Source of the DNA: Flaccisagitta enflata
Taxonomy: Eukaryota
Direction: 5' to 3'
NCBI GenBank assembly: GCA_965153355.1
Contig: OZ231126.1
Span: forward strand, 29,760,001-29,824,000
DNA length: 64,000 nucleotides
Shown here piece after piece: positions 38,479 to 53,200 of the stretch. The notes under the pieces are model-generated. The model did no database searches. It had not been told where the DNA came from and saw only the letters and a program-made list of their open reading frames with translations. Each line of letters opens with the position of its first letter. Within the stretch, counting starts at the first letter, position 1. Both the position numbers and the translations under genes were made by a program.

Positions 38479-39319
38479 CTAATGAGGTATGCATTGAAAA
38501 TTGAATTGATAGTTTTTTTGAGGTAAGCATTTTGTTTGTCAATATTAAAGGATAGTTGTAAGCAATCCGGAGTAAACACCATTGAAAGCTTGCAAGGCTT
38601 TCATCCTTTGTAAATTGGAGAATTCTGACCTCCTAATTCTAAGGGCAATCTTGTTTCAATTTTTATACACTTCATGAGCAGCGGAATGGTTCCCCTCAGT
38701 TTTAACTAAACATCCGAGCCAAGACTGCGAAAGGTTGTGATTGTGACCCACCAACTGACAGACCAACAGACCACGTTATAAGGAGGTGCGTGCCAATGAG
38801 CAATGGCGATACCAATAGCTCTGCTTTGTGCGAAAGAAAACTAGGAAGAGCTCCGAATGTAAACGAGGGGGGGACTTTTACGCGTCCTGCTTAAAAGGAT
38901 ACATGGGTTACTGAAGCACTATGAGCCACTGGGACTGATTGAAGATCTGCTTATTAGCCGACTTAGGTCTAACTCGGTTCGATGCCCCACAATCGTGGTT
39001 GGAGCCTGACATGAGAACTGATTTAGGATCTAAGGGGTTTATGAGGCATGTGGGTTGAGGGGGAAACTGGACGGACAGGCAAAGGGATAAACGAAGGTCC
39101 TCCTGTGTTATTCAGATCATCGTCCTCCGTCCTTTCAGGCGACTGCTCAAAGAGCGCAAACTTAGTCTGTCTTGGATGAGGAGAGGACTCCGGGAAGGGT
39201 CCAAGGAAGGAAACGGAGGCTTTTTGCGTAAAATTTGGTTTTCTTATCTACACCTCAAATATTTTCAGAATAATCTAAGTGAAAGCCCGTACATTTGGGG
39301 GCTTCGCATACACTTTTTT

Positions 39320-42300
39320 GTCCGCGACGGAATACCATTCCGACGCGGACTATAATTCGAGGCGGGTGGGTGTCGTCATCGTTGTCATTTTGAGGGAAGT
39401 TGTACCAGGGTAAGTCGCTTTGCATCCTATGCGTATATATGATCCGACCAGCCCAACCAGCCCAACCAGCCTACTAGCCCAAAATAGAAAAACGTGCAAA
39501 ACTTCGGCATTTTTCAACCGATTTGGTTGAAACTTGGTATTTAGTCTCTAAATGGAAGGACTCAACATATGTATTTGAATTTTAAAGATTTTAGCATGCT
39601 AACTGGCCAAACTGGCCTACCACTTAACCAGCCTACCAGCCTAAAAGTGAAAAACATGCATAACTTTGGCATTTTTCAACCAATTTGGTAGAAATTTGGT
39701 ATGTAGTCTCTAAATGGAAGGACTCAATGTATGAATTTGAGTTATAAAGATTTTAGCATGCTAACCGGCCAAACTGGCCTACCAGCCTACCAGCCTAAAA
39801 GTGAAGAACGTGCATAACTTTGGCCTTTTTCAACCAATCTGGTTGAAACTTGGTATGTAGTCTCTGAATGGCAGGACTCAACATATGTATTTGATTTCTA
39901 AAGATTTTAGCATGCTAACTGGCCAAACCAACCTACCAGCCTAAAAGTGAAAAACCTGCATAACTTAGGCATTTTTCCACCAATTTGGTTGAAACTTGGT
40001 ATGTAGTCTCTGAATGGCAGGACTCAACATATGTATTTGATTTCTAAAGATTTTAGCATGCTAACTGGCCAAACCAACCTACCAGCCTAAAAGTGAAAAA
40101 CCTGCATAACTTAGGCATTTTTCCACCGATTTGGTTGAAACTTGGTATAAAGTCTCGAAATGGAAGGACTCAACATATGTTTTTGATTTGTTAACATTTT
40201 AGCTTGCTAACTGGCCAAACTGGCCCACCACCCAACCAGCCTAGTAGCTTAAAAGTGAAAAAAATGCATAACTTTGGCATTTTTTAACAAAGTTGGTTGA
40301 AACTTGGTATGAAATCTCTAAATGGAAGGACTCGACATATGTATTCTATTTCAGTTTTCTATCCCGCCAAACCAGATGTTAGACAATGCTGTTAGACAAT
40401 GCTGATAGACCATACCGTTTGACAACGCCGTTTGACAACGTCGTTTGACAACGCCGTTTGACAACGTCGTTTGACAACGCCGTTTGACAACGCCGTTTGA
40501 CAACGCCATTTGACAACGCCGTTTGACAAAGCCGTTTGACAAAGCCGTTTGACAACGCCGTTTGACAACGCCAATTTGGTTGAAACTTGGTATTTAGTCT
40601 CTAAATGGAAAGACTTAACATATGTATTTGAATTGTAAAGATTTTAGCATGCTAACTGGCCAAACTGGCCTACCACCCAACCAGCCTACCAGCCTAGAAG
40701 TGAAAAACATGCATAACTTTGGCATTTTTCAACCGATTTGGTTGAAATTTGGTATGTAATCTCTAAATGGAAGGACTCAACATACGAATTTGAGTCAAAG
40801 ATTTTAGCATGCTAACTGGCCAAACTGGCCTACCACTCAACCAGCCTACCAGCCTAAAAGTGAAAAACATGCATAACTTTGGCATTTTTCAACCAATCTG
40901 GTTGAAACTTGGTATGTAGTCTCTAAATGGCAGGACTCAACATATGTATTTGATTTGTAAAGATTTTAGCATGCTAACTGGCCAAACCAACCTACCACTC
41001 GGGTGTGTCAATATGCAAAACATTAATTCCTGAGAGTATAATGCTAAGGCATCATGGGGTTACTCATTTAAATACCTTCACTGTTTTTCTTTTTTCAATT
41101 TTCGGTTATCTTCCGTTTTTTCTAAAATCCCTGTTTTGCCCCTAATTTGCATAACGTTGTGATCACGTTTTTGACCTTTCATCCATTGCCTTGTTTGGTG
41201 GGGCATTAGAATTACTTCTAAATGCTGCTATCCTCTTTAAAGCTTCACAGAAAAGTGCCTGGGTTAATCATATCAACTTCAATGAAATAGTAAAATGGTC
41301 TTTTTTGGTTAATGAATTTGTTTCTTGGCGAACAAGAGTGCAGACATTGCATTAGATTTCGATCGCGAAAAAAAACGATTGCCAAATGAATTTTGAAAAA
41401 AGAAAAACGGTGATCATTCTAAAATCAATAGCCCCATCTTGCGTCAGCGTTACGGTCTCAAATTCAGTCATCACCCGTATTTGACACACCTGAACCTACC
41501 ACCCAACCAGCCTAAATGTGAAAAATGTGCATAACTTTGGCATTTTTCCACCGATTTGGTTGAAACTTGGTATAAAGTCTCGAAATGGAAGGACTCAACA
41601 TATGTTTTTAATTTGTTAACATTTCAGCTTGCTAACTGGCCAAACTGGCCCACCAACCAACCAGCCTAGTAGTCTATACGTGAAAAACGTGTTTAACTTT
41701 GGCATTTTTTGATAAAGTTGGTTGAAACTTGGTATGAAATCTCTAAATGGAAGGACTCGACATATGTATTCTATTTCAGTATTCTATCCCGCCAAACCAG
41801 ATGTTAGACAATGCTGTTAGACAATGCTGATAGACCATACCGTTTGACGCCGTTTGACAACGTCATTTGACAACGTCATTTGACAACGTCATTTGACAAC
41901 GTCATTTGACAACGTCATTTGACAACGTCATTTGACAACGCCGTTTGACAACGCCGTTTGACAACGCCGTTTGACAACGCCGTTTGACAACGCCGTTTGA
42001 CAACGCCGTTTGACAACGCCGTTTGACAACGCCGTTTGACAACGCCGTTTGACAACGCCATTTGACAACGCCATTTGACAACGCCATTTGACAACGCCAT
42101 TTGACAACGCCATTTGACAACGCCATTTGACAAGGTCGTTTGACAAGGTCGTTTGACAAGGTCGTTTGACAACGCTGTATGACCCCAGTCGCGGACCCAT
42201 ACTCTTTCAAGATTTTTGTCTGCGACGGAATACCATTCCGACGCGGACTATAATTTGAGGCGGGTGGGTGTCGTCGTCGTTGTCCTCCACACTTTTAAAA

Positions 42301-43595
42301 ATGGGCTAACTTTTGAACGCCTTTACCGATTTACTTCATATTTTGAGGGAAGTTGTACTAGGGTAAGCCGCTTTGCATCCTATGCATATATTATGATCCA
42401 ACCCACCTAACCGGCCTAACCAGCCTACCAGCCTAAAAGAGAAAAACGTGCATAATTTCGGCATTTTTCAACCAATTTGGTTGAAACTTGGTATTTAGTC
42501 TCTAAATGGAAGGACTCAACATATGTATTTGAATTGTAAAGATTTTAGCATGCTAACTGACCAAACTGGCTTACCACCCAACCAGCCTAGAAGTGAAAAA
42601 CATGCATAACTTTGGCATTTTTCAACCAATTTGGTTGAAATTTGGTATGTAGTCTCTAAATGGAAGGACTCAACATATGAATTTGAGTCATAAAGATTTT
42701 AGCATGCTAACTGGCCAAACTGGCCTACCACCCAACCAGCCTACCAGCCTAAAAGTGAAAAACGTGCATAACTTTGGCATTTTTCAACCAATCTGGTTGA
42801 AACTTGGTATGTAGTCTCTAAATGGCAGGACTCAACATATGTATTTGATTTGTAAAGATTTTAGCATGCTAACTGGCCAAACCAACCTACCACCCAACCA
42901 GCCTAAAAGTGAACAAGGCCGGATACACGGCCAATACCAGTCGCGGACGGGTGGGCAGGGGCGGAAATGCGTGTTTTCCCACTTTTCGACTTGAGCGTGA
43001 CGGACCAACCAACCAACCAACCAACCAACGGACGGACAAAGCCTCTTATAGAGTCGCTTGTCCGCGACTAAAAACGTGCATAACTTTGGCATTTTTCCAC
43101 CGATTTGGTTGAAACTTGGTATTAAGTCTTGAAATGGAAGGACTCAACATATGCTTTTGATTTGTTAACATTTTAGCTTGCTAACTGGCCAAACTGGCCC
43201 ACCACCCAACCAGCCTAGTAGTCTGTAAGTGAAAAACGTGCATAACTTTAGCATTTTTTGATAAAGTTGGTTGAAACTTGGTATGAAATCTCTAAATGGA
43301 AGGACTCGACATATGTATTCTATTTCAGTATTCTATCCCGCCAAACCAGATGTTAGACAATGCTGATAGACCATACCGTTTGACAACGCCGTTTGACAAC
43401 GCCGTTTGACAACGTCGTTTGACAACGTCGTTTGACAACGCCGTTTGACAACGCCGTTTGACAACGCCGTTTGACAACGCGGTTTGACAACGCCGTTTGA
43501 CAACGCCGTTTGACAACGCCGTTTGACAATGTCGTTTGACAGCGCTGTTTGACAACGCCGTATGACCCCAGTCGCGGACCCATACTCTTTCAAGA
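39320..43595 (+). mobile_element. Head-to-tail dimer of Helentron/DINE-1-like family A (39320-42212, 42218-43595) with ~120-bp and 13-bp arrays
   Basis: 5' hairpin gtccgcgacggaataccattccgacgcggac; 3' gtcgcggacccatactctttcaaga; 13-bp unit tttgacaacgccg at ~40417-40573, 41840-42175, 43378-43560. Confidence 0.75.
40999..41493. mobile_element. MITE with 9-bp TSD, same TIR family as 3291-3805
   Basis: tcgggtgtgtcaa...ttgacacacctga; TSD acctaccac (40990-40998, 41494-41502). Confidence 0.8.
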
Positions 43596-44478
43596 TTTTT
43601 TTTGTATAAGAGACCAGTTTATAAGAGACATGAGCCTGAGATTTGCCAAAATTTTAAGAACAAAATAAGAGAATGCCCAGGCTGAGATTTAGTCTTTGCT
43701 ATTTCACAAGACCTTTTTTCTTAGTTTCGTCTCAAAAAAATGAATTTTTTTCAAATTTTTCACAAATAAAGGTTTTTTATCTTAAAAAAAACCTTCTTTT
43801 TTAGTTTGCCTCTGAAATCAAGCATTATATAAAAAGAACACATGTGATATTGTGATAATGATCAAGTTTCAGATGCAATCGTTATAAATAATGTATTTTT
43901 ATACTATTTGGATATCTATAAATAGCGAAGAAATTATGAACAGTTTAAGAGAATTTTAAGCTGACAATGGCTAAAAATTTAAGAACACCCAGGCTGATTT
44001 CAAAAAAGTTCTCTTATATAAAAAAAAGTGTAGCAAAAAATTTGATTTTCTTCTTGTACCGCTAACCCAATACGGAGTGAAAGAAATCATGCAGATGACC
44101 GTTTTCCTTTTTTCAAAATTCCTTCATCTTCCGTTTTTGTTTTGGCCTTCAAGTTTCCTCAGATTTCCCAGAATTCAGCAAAATCCTGTGTAGTCTTGCT
44201 GCAAAAGGAACAATTGTTAGTCTTAGAAAATCATGATTTTTATAAAAATAAATTAAAATATCACAGCATAAGTTACAAAAGAGCTTGTGAAAAGGCAGTT
44301 CAACAATTCTTTATAGAGCAGAAATTTGTAAAAGCTAATTCAAAAAAGATCAGCATATTTTTTTATCCCACTGCAATATACGAATTAGGCTCTCAAAAAC
44401 AATTTTCTAAAAAACAGAAGATGAACGATTTTTGATAAAAGAAAAATGGTGAGGGTCTTAAAATTGGCCACTCCACAT

Positions 44479-45098
44479 TACGTCTATTAAAGCGCCCCAA
44501 ACTTCGACTATGGCTTTCACCAATCTAACCACAGTTGAGGCTTGGTAAAAAAATATTCCATGCAAAATTTTAGGCCTCTGAGATAGCAGGAACCTTCGTT
44601 AGGGTAAGGATGAAGTTTGTATTGAATTAGCATTGGAATCAATTCTTTTATTATTCAAATTTTGTCTCTGCCATAGATTTCTATGGAGATTTCATTGTAA
44701 CCCTAACAAAGGTTCCTGCTATCTCAAAGACAAAAAATTTTGCATGGAATATTTTTTTACCAAGCCTCAACTATGGTAAGATTGGTGAGAGCCATACATA
44801 GGAGAATTCTCAGAACACTCGTTGCTTAGGTGAAGCTTATATTGTCTTAATCTTAGCCAGATTTGATTTTTTTTTCAAGATCATTTTTTCTTGATTGAAA
44901 ACTAGAAAAGTCTGTCACTCCTTAGGCTGAGAAGAGAAAAAAATACTCTTCTAAAATCCTTATTGGATAACCCATTCAGACAAGTATTTTTACCAGCCAA
45001 AGCAGGAAAAGATATTAATCAAAGGTAAAAAAAAACAATTAAAAGAGTGAGGTTCCTTATTTCAGATGGTCGAAGTTTGGGGCGCTCTAAGTGACGTA
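44479..45098. mobile_element. TIR element containing a nested TA-flanked fold-back MITE (44511-44794)
   Basis: TIR tacgtc...agcgccccaaacttcgac; ctccacat duplicated on both flanks (8 or 10 bp depending on boundary); internal ~95-bp inverted repeat. Confidence 0.75.
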
Positions 45099-45321
45099 CT
45101 CCACATTAGGTCAAGAGGATGAAAAGAAAAAGGCAACTTTTGCTATGTGAAGCACCCAACCCGTACATATTACTGTAGACATCGTATTTGAAAGCTCTAT
45201 AAAACCTTGCCTAACGAACATTCTGGCGAGACAAATTATAACTGCTTATCTGCTTATTCAAGTTAGTTCACTGATCGAACGATGCCATCATCTCTCCCTT
45301 TACTGCAACTGGTATATTCTA

Positions 45322-45775
<454 letters not shown>

Positions 45776-47353
45776 GCTTGTGTAGGAATTGTTGAAATAG
45801 CGCCTTAACCGGTGGTATTTATATCTGTCTCCTCCGTGCAATCGTAGTGAAATACTTATCATACGGTAGATCAAAAACTGTCCCTGCGTCAATATTGGGA
45901 CTTTCAATTGTATAATTCAAATTTTGGATTACCATCAGCAATCTTGTTTTCAGAACTTTGTTGCTAGTTTTTAGTCTTTACTCGTTATTATGACCGAAGA
46001 TCATAACATTCTATCGGTTGGATGTCGGGAACAAAGCTTCAAGCCATGGGTGTCGGAATGTGCACCGATTTTCATCTACGATTTCAAGATGAAGGTAAGT
46101 ACATAGCAGGCAACCATTTAGCTCAGTACATAGTTCGATCCTACTTAAATCGCTTCTGCATCTTTCCATGGGAAAAAAAAACCGTGATCAGCCCCGGCGT
46201 AGAAGCCCTGAGTGGTCATGAGAAGCCCCAGGTGGATATGAGAAGCCCTGTGTGGATATAAGAAGCCCCTTTTCAAAATAAGTGGTTTTTCTAAAAATTT
46301 TTAATTTTAATATGCACTTTATCATTTTTTTTTCAACCTCAGCAGGCTAAGCTAGCTTTTCAATTAAAAAATAAGTAATAAACAGTTTCTTTAAAATTAA
46401 TAAGCTATAAATATGATATTTAAGTTAAAACTGGAAAAACTCCACGCAACATATTTTTAGTTGCGTACTAAGCAAGTATACCTCGCTTTGTTTATCTGGC
46501 TGTTGATCGGTTTAGCCTAATGTCATGATATTATTTTATGTTTTATAATCTTTCACTTTATTGCTCATGCCTAAATTATATAGCGGCCTTAAATAAGGCT
46601 GCCGCTTACCCGCATTCAACTACGGAAACCATATAACTAGGCTTCTCACGTCCACTGAGGGGCTTCTCATATTCACTTGGGGCTTCTCACGTTCACTCGG
46701 GGCTTCCAGCTCTGGGGCTTCTTAAATTGCCGAGCCTCTTTCCATGGCCAGAAACGCAGCCGCAGCTGCAGTGATATAAGAATTTGGGCAGAGGCAGCCA
46801 TGCTCTAACGACCTAAAAAGCTGTGTTCCCGTCGTACTGGCCGACCAACAGCGGGTTATGGAGTCGCGACAAGTGACAGGGGGTCACAATATCGTTGCGG
46901 ACAAGTAGGCAGGGGCAAACAACCCCCATTCAAACCCTCTCCTACCCCATACTCACATAAACAATCATTATTTCAACATCATAAATGCACGTTTTCCCAT
47001 TTTTCGGCTCGATCAACATGGACCAATGGACCGACGGATGGACGGACAAAAAGCCTCTAATAGAATTTCGTGTCCGCAACAGAAAATAACTTTTTGCCTG
47101 AATTTATTAGTTATAGATATTACATAAATGACATAGCTTTTTTCGGTACTATGCCTGTTGAATTTTATGTTATAATTCATGTAATTGAATGTTGAGAAGT
47201 CCTCGCAACTCCTTGCATCTACTTCTGCAAATGAACAGTTCGCACTTCATGCAATCATTTCACTGGCTACACCGATTGAAAGCTCTAACGGTTTCACTGG
47301 TGTTCCGTCATTGCAAAGATTTTTAGGTAGTTCCGTCATTGTTTCAAAGATTT

Positions 47354-48270
47354 TTAGATAGATGTGATGACTTTTTTTCGGCTCGTCCTGGTGGCGGACC
47401 TTGGAACTAAGAGTCGCGGCGGTGTTTCGTACTGGCGTGTAGTCCTGAGGGATAAAGGCATCATCAGCAATGATTCTGACATTGTGTGTTTGTTTAAGTT
47501 CGCGTAATAGTTTGTGTGTGTGTGTGTGTGTGTGTGCGTGTTTTTACGGGGGGGCGCATCCGCAAAATTTTTGCGGCTTACCGTGTCGGCGTATTGATCT
47601 TCTCGTACCTTTTGTTCATTCGACTAACGCTCGTGCTGTCATTTGTCTTTGAGATTGGTGGTAAATGTAAACTGCCTCCTTCTGTTGGGAGATTTGTTGG
47701 CGAATGCGGACTGCTTCCGTCTGACGGTGGCCAATGTAAACTGGTTCCCTCTGCAGGGAGTTTTCTTTGTGAACATCCAAAATGTTCGATGTAATCGAGA
47801 ATGTTGGCATCAATTGGAGTTGACTCAAGCGTCGTCAATGTTCCGTGATTATTGCGATTGCTTAAATGAAGAAAGGAAATAACAGTTAAACCCTGCTCAA
47901 ACGAACTCAACAGTAACAGTATTCCATGTAAGACAATATAAATCCTTGTATTGCTCATGCATTTTGTTTTAAATCCGTAAAAGAGATATAACTGTACCAT
48001 GATAACCAGGAGACTTAAAATGATGCAAGGTAGGACCGACTAGACCGTTCTACCGACCGACTTAACTATGGAAGTTACGCCGGATGTAGTTGGTGGGAAA
48101 TGGAGTGACAACTTATGAAGATAGCATTAATTACTTACGTAACGCGCGCTAGTTCATGTCCGTGTCTCCCGTTTTCGTGCCCGGGCCGGCCGGGGTACAT
48201 GGCGTTGGCAACTACGGACTCTGACATTTCAGCCAAAAGCACGTCGGCATCGACTTGGGCGTGATCACAC
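47354..48270 (-). CDS. Putative 3' exons of an uncharacterised gene: 48270-48139, 47860-47582, 47444-47354
   Basis: Three open exons linked by phase-2 introns with gtaagt/gtaagc donors, ending in TAA; no recognised domain. Confidence 0.45.
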
Positions 48271-48435
48271 CTTTTTTTTAGATTGAATACATATTCTCAT
48301 GCTTTTGATACTAATTTTTGGTCGCTTACGTAGCGGTTTTAGAAGAGGGTGTGTCCGTCGATAGGTTTGTCGGTCTGTGGTGTAATACGTTTTACGTTTT
48401 GTTTAGGAGTCCTGTCCTGGAATTGGAAAAGTGAC

Positions 48436-48466
<31 letters not shown>

Positions 48467-48493
48467 TTCTTTCTTTTTTTTCTTTTTTTTTTT

Positions 48494-49690
48494 GTCCGCG
48501 ACGGAATACCATTCCGACGCGGACTATAATTCGAGGCGGGTGGGTGTCGTCGTCGTCGTTGTCGTCGTCGTTGTCGTCCACACTTTTAACAAGGCCAAGA
48601 GATGTCCAATAGATGCGTCCTCTTTAGATGTAGGATATTAAGATACAAATTATTTAAGTAATAAGAATTCAAGATATTAAGATATAATGATATGAAGATA
48701 TAAAGATACTGAGATAAAGAGAAAACTATAAACTGATTCCACCCTCCTCCCCCCCCCGCCTCCCCAGCCCCTCCCCCCGCCTCCCCAACCCCTTTCCCCC
48801 ACCTCCTCACCCCCTCCCCGCTTCCCCACCTCCGCCCCCACGCCTCCCTACCCCTGCCCCCACGCCTCCCATCCCCCCACCACGCCTCCCACCCCCTCCG
48901 CCACCCTTCCCCACATCTTGTTCTCACAAAGAGACACAAAGACTTGGAGAGACATGGAGAGACATGAGGAGACATGAAGAAACATACAGAGACATGAGAG
49001 ACATGAAGAGAGATTAAGAGACATGAGGAGACATGGAGAGACATGGAGAGACATGAAGAGACATGAGAGACATAAGAGAAATAAGAGACATATAGGAGAC
49101 ATAGAGGAGACAAAAAAGACAAAAGAGACAAAAGAGACATAAGAGACATGAAGATATATGAAGAGATATGAAAAGAAATGAAGAGAAAACCTTAGAAATC
49201 GCGTTTAGAAATTTTCCTGTCACGGATCTTCAGACATACCTTCAGAGGGACAGAGCCTCTTATAGAGATGCGAGGACGCATCTAAAAATGGGCTAACTTT
49301 TTAACGCCTTGACCGATTTGCTTCATATTTGGAGGGAAGTTGTATTAGGGTAAGCCGCTTTGCAGCCTCTGCGTATATTATGATCCGACCCACCCAACCG
49401 GCCCAACCAGCCTACCAGCCTAAAAGTGAAAAACGTGCATAACTTCGGCATTTTTCTACCGATTTGGTTAAAATTTGGTATGTAGTCCCTTTATGGAAGA
49501 ACTCAACATATGTATTTGAATTGTAAAGATTTTAGCATGCTAACCGGCCAAACCGGCCTACCACCCAACCAAACTTGGTATGTAGTCTTTAAATGGAAGG
49601 ACTCATCATATGCATTGAATTTGTAAAGATTTTAGCATGCTAACCGGCCAAACGGGCCTACCACCCAACCAGCCTACCAGCCTAAAAGTT
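48494..49690 (+). mobile_element. Family A copy 3, 3'-truncated, interrupted by an inverted HINE-like insert (~48588-49287, 10-bp agagacatga repeats)
   Basis: Same 5' hairpin and ~120-bp units as at 39320. Confidence 0.7.
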
Positions 49691-50266
49691 CTTCTTTCCC
49701 TCTTTCCCTCTTTCCCTCTTTCCTTCTTTTCCTTCTTTTCCTTCTTTTCCTTCTTTTCCTTCTTTTTCCTCTTTCCCTCTTTCCCTCTTTCCATTAAGGC
49801 CTCAAATTAGCCCTCCCAGGACTCAATTTAGCCTTCAGGCCTAAAATCAGCCCTCTTGGCTTCAAATCAGCCCCCCTCCCATGCCCTAAATCTGCCTCTC
49901 AGACCTCAAATCTGCCCTCCAGACTTTCAATCCGCCCTCCCAGCTTATAACCAGCCCGCCAAACCTCAAATCTGCTCTCCAAGCCTTAATTATGCCCTCC
50001 AACCCTCAGATATGCCTTCAGTGGCATAAATCAGCCATCTAGAGCCCCCTCAGGACGGACGGACGTCTTGAAATTCCCCCCTGTGTTCTACAGGACATCG
50101 GCCCTTTGGGGCCACCGCCCTGCTCTCACTCCACTTCTTCACTGGATCACTCAGCTGGGCATCGGGTACCGCTGACCATGTGCGATCCTTGGATGACTAG
50201 TTTAATGTTTTTGTGCCTTAAACCATTTCTGCATCTCTGTAAGTCAGTCAGTCGGTTGCGGTCTCC

Positions 50267-53200
50267 CTAACATACGAACATTCCCGCGTTTCCACGTGGC
50301 GAGGCATTTCGGTTCACATCTGGTCGGCCTATCGCCCTGGCCAGAGCTTTGTTGGTCTCCTCGTCGCGCGCCTTTACTTCCGCGTCCATCTTGGAGAAAG
50401 TTGGCGAGGGTTTCTTCTTCTGGGATCGTTTGCTGCAAATGTGACATGACAAAATTCGATATGATAAACGAAGACGCATCAGGCAAGGGAGAGGTCATTC
50501 ATGCTAGTGTCTCAAACAGCAGTCCAAAGATGTGAGGTGTATAAGAATTTGGTAGTCAAGTCAAATGTTAATTTCTAAGATAGAAAATGAAACGAAATTT
50601 GCTGTTTTTAGTCGCTGGCTAAGCGACTCTATAAGAGGGTGTGGCCCTTGGAAGGCAGGTAGGTCTGTAATGTGAAATTTCAGATGCCGCGAAATTGACC
50701 GTATTTGTGATTTCTGATCATAACAGCCCCTGCCCACCCAAAATACAGCCCCTGCCTACTGATTGACTGCCCCTGCCCTCAGTGTACTGCCCTTGCCCAC
50801 CCGCCAGCGACTGCTTTTTGGCCGTGTATCCGGCCTTGTTTATTTTATCATACGAATCAAAGATCAAGCACGTTTTACTCGAAGCCCAGAATTCAATACT
50901 AAGTTGAATTTTTGGGGTCACAGCTCAGGTAACAATCATTTGCCCCAAACTGCTTTTGGCGGGCAGTTCTTTTGGGTTAGAATGAGAAAGGTTTTTCAGA
51001 TTATGTTTTACGGAAAACTAGGAGCGGTATGCGCGTGTTACCTAGTCAGTGATGGTTCACAAGGCCCTTTTCCGTTTATTTCAGTTTGGGTATATGGAGG
51101 GATATTTTTCCACTTGTCACACAGTTGAAAATCATTTTTTAAAAGAAGGGACTAGCGAAATATTTTGTTACAGACAGACACTTTTCTTTAAAGCCAACAT
51201 ACCATGGAAAAGAAATTCGTTAAAAAGAGCATCAGTTAGGGAACTCGACCAATTCTGACCAAGACTGAATGATGAGGCAAATAAATTATATCCACCTTTT
51301 TCTGGCTGCGAGTTGTTTTTCCTTTCTCTCCACCAGAGGCGGTAGCCTCGTGCTTTGGTCTAATTCGCTTCGACGGCTTTTGGACGGAACATTTTTCCGT
51401 TCCTCTTTCTGTTTGGAGATGAAGGAGAAGGAAGACAACATTTGCTTTTCTTTAGTCTTTTTTAGTCGCGGACACGCGACTCTACACCTTGCCGTGTCGG
51501 TCGGTCCGTCGGTCGGTCCGTCCGTCGGTCACATTTCTGAATTCCGAGCGGTTTTTGCGGTACTGCTCCTGCCCAACCGTCCGCGACTGGATTGCCGTGT
51601 ATCCGGCCTTGTTTATACAGGCGTCAAAACATTTACACTCTTTTTCTTTTGTAAGAACGTCACTTTGTTTTTGAAGGCTTCATGTTCTTATTTTGAAAGC
51701 CAAATGAGGCCTTCCATGTTCTTAGAGCGTTCTTAATTTTCTAATACCATTTAACAATATAAAAACTACAAAAAATCATTTAATTTATTATGACTTGATT
51801 ATATTTGATATATTCTTATAGATAACTACTAAAACAAATGTTAAATCATAAAATCTAGAGATATTTATGGTATATACATAAGAAAACCAAGAATATTACT
51901 GTAATTAAATTTAAATTCAAGCAACTTTTTTATGTTTTTTAAGTATTACCACTAGCAGAAATTTTTTTCCTAATCTGAAGCCTTTATATGTTGTTAAGAT
52001 GTTCTTAATTTTCGGGCGATTTTAAGCCTTGATGTTCTTATAAACTAGGTTCTTATTAAAAAAAGAGTGTATTCGGCTGGCTATTGATATCTTTAGTATC
52101 ATCTGCCTTTCATCTCCATTATCTCAAAGCTTGTCTACCATTCTATTCATCCATCTAAAATTCTGTTTTTGCCTCGTTCCACTCACTTTGATGGCGGTTC
52201 GCAGCTGCGACGGGAGAATCTTTTTCTCCATTCGCAGCAAAACCGGCGGCAAATATCCCTGCAAATGGTTTCATGGACTCCGAGATTCACTGCTGGTGTG
52301 GCTCGTATAGTAGTACCGAGCATAGATGCAAATGAAATGAGGGACCTCAAGAATGTGGTAGATACATTCTAATGTTTATTTCAATGTTTATTGTCTAAAT
52401 GTCTCAGCGATCAGCGCAGGGAACTTTTTTCTCCTTTTTCATTTTCTTCGTTTGCTCTTTTTAGTCGCGTGCACGCGACTCTACAACCCGCTTTGTCCGT
52501 TGGTTGGTTGGTCGATCAGTTGGTCGGTCACACTTTACTTTTTTATGATTTTATTTTTTTACCTCACTGCTCCTGCCCAAATGGTCTGGTGATCTCAAAT
52601 ATGGCCCCTGCCCACCCACACGCGATTTCGGTAGCCGTGTATCCGGCCTTGTTTACTTTCTTCTTCTTTTTCTCTATCTTTTTAGTTGCGGACAAGCAAC
52701 TCTATAAGAGCCTTTGTCCGTCCGTCCGTCCGTCCGTCCGTCTGTCCGTCCGTGAACACGAGTCGAAAAGTGTGAAAACGCGCATTTCCGCCCCTGCCCA
52801 CCCGTCTGCAACTGGTATTGGCTGTGTATCCGGCCTTGTTTTTCTCATTCTTCTTTTCCCCCTTCTTTTTGCTTTCTTCTTCTTTTTTTTTCTCCTCTTT
52901 CTTTTTCTTATCTTTTTCTTTTCTTTTTCTTCTTTTTTTCTACTCTTTGATCTTCTTTCATATCTTGTTGTTGTTGTTGATCTTTTTCTTCTTCTTCTTC
53001 TTTTTCTTTTTCTTTTTCTTTTTCTTTTTCTTTTTCTTTTTCTTTTTCTTTTTCTTTTTCTTTTTCTTCGTCCTCGTCTTCGTCTTCTTTTTCTTCTTTT
53101 TCTTCTTCTTCTTCTTCGGCATCCTTTTTCTAGCAGCGGCCTCAAAGGGTTCAATGATCTATGCTTCCACGCATATGGGGAATTTTTTCTTCCTTTCCCT

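Noticed and set aside
38930-39010. GGTTCGA motif as tRNA or SINE B-box
   Set aside because: No cloverleaf or A-box could be built.
46166-46747. Inverted gagaagcccc repeat clusters with ccatgg ends
   Set aside because: Probably a TIR element, but termini and TSD could not be fixed.
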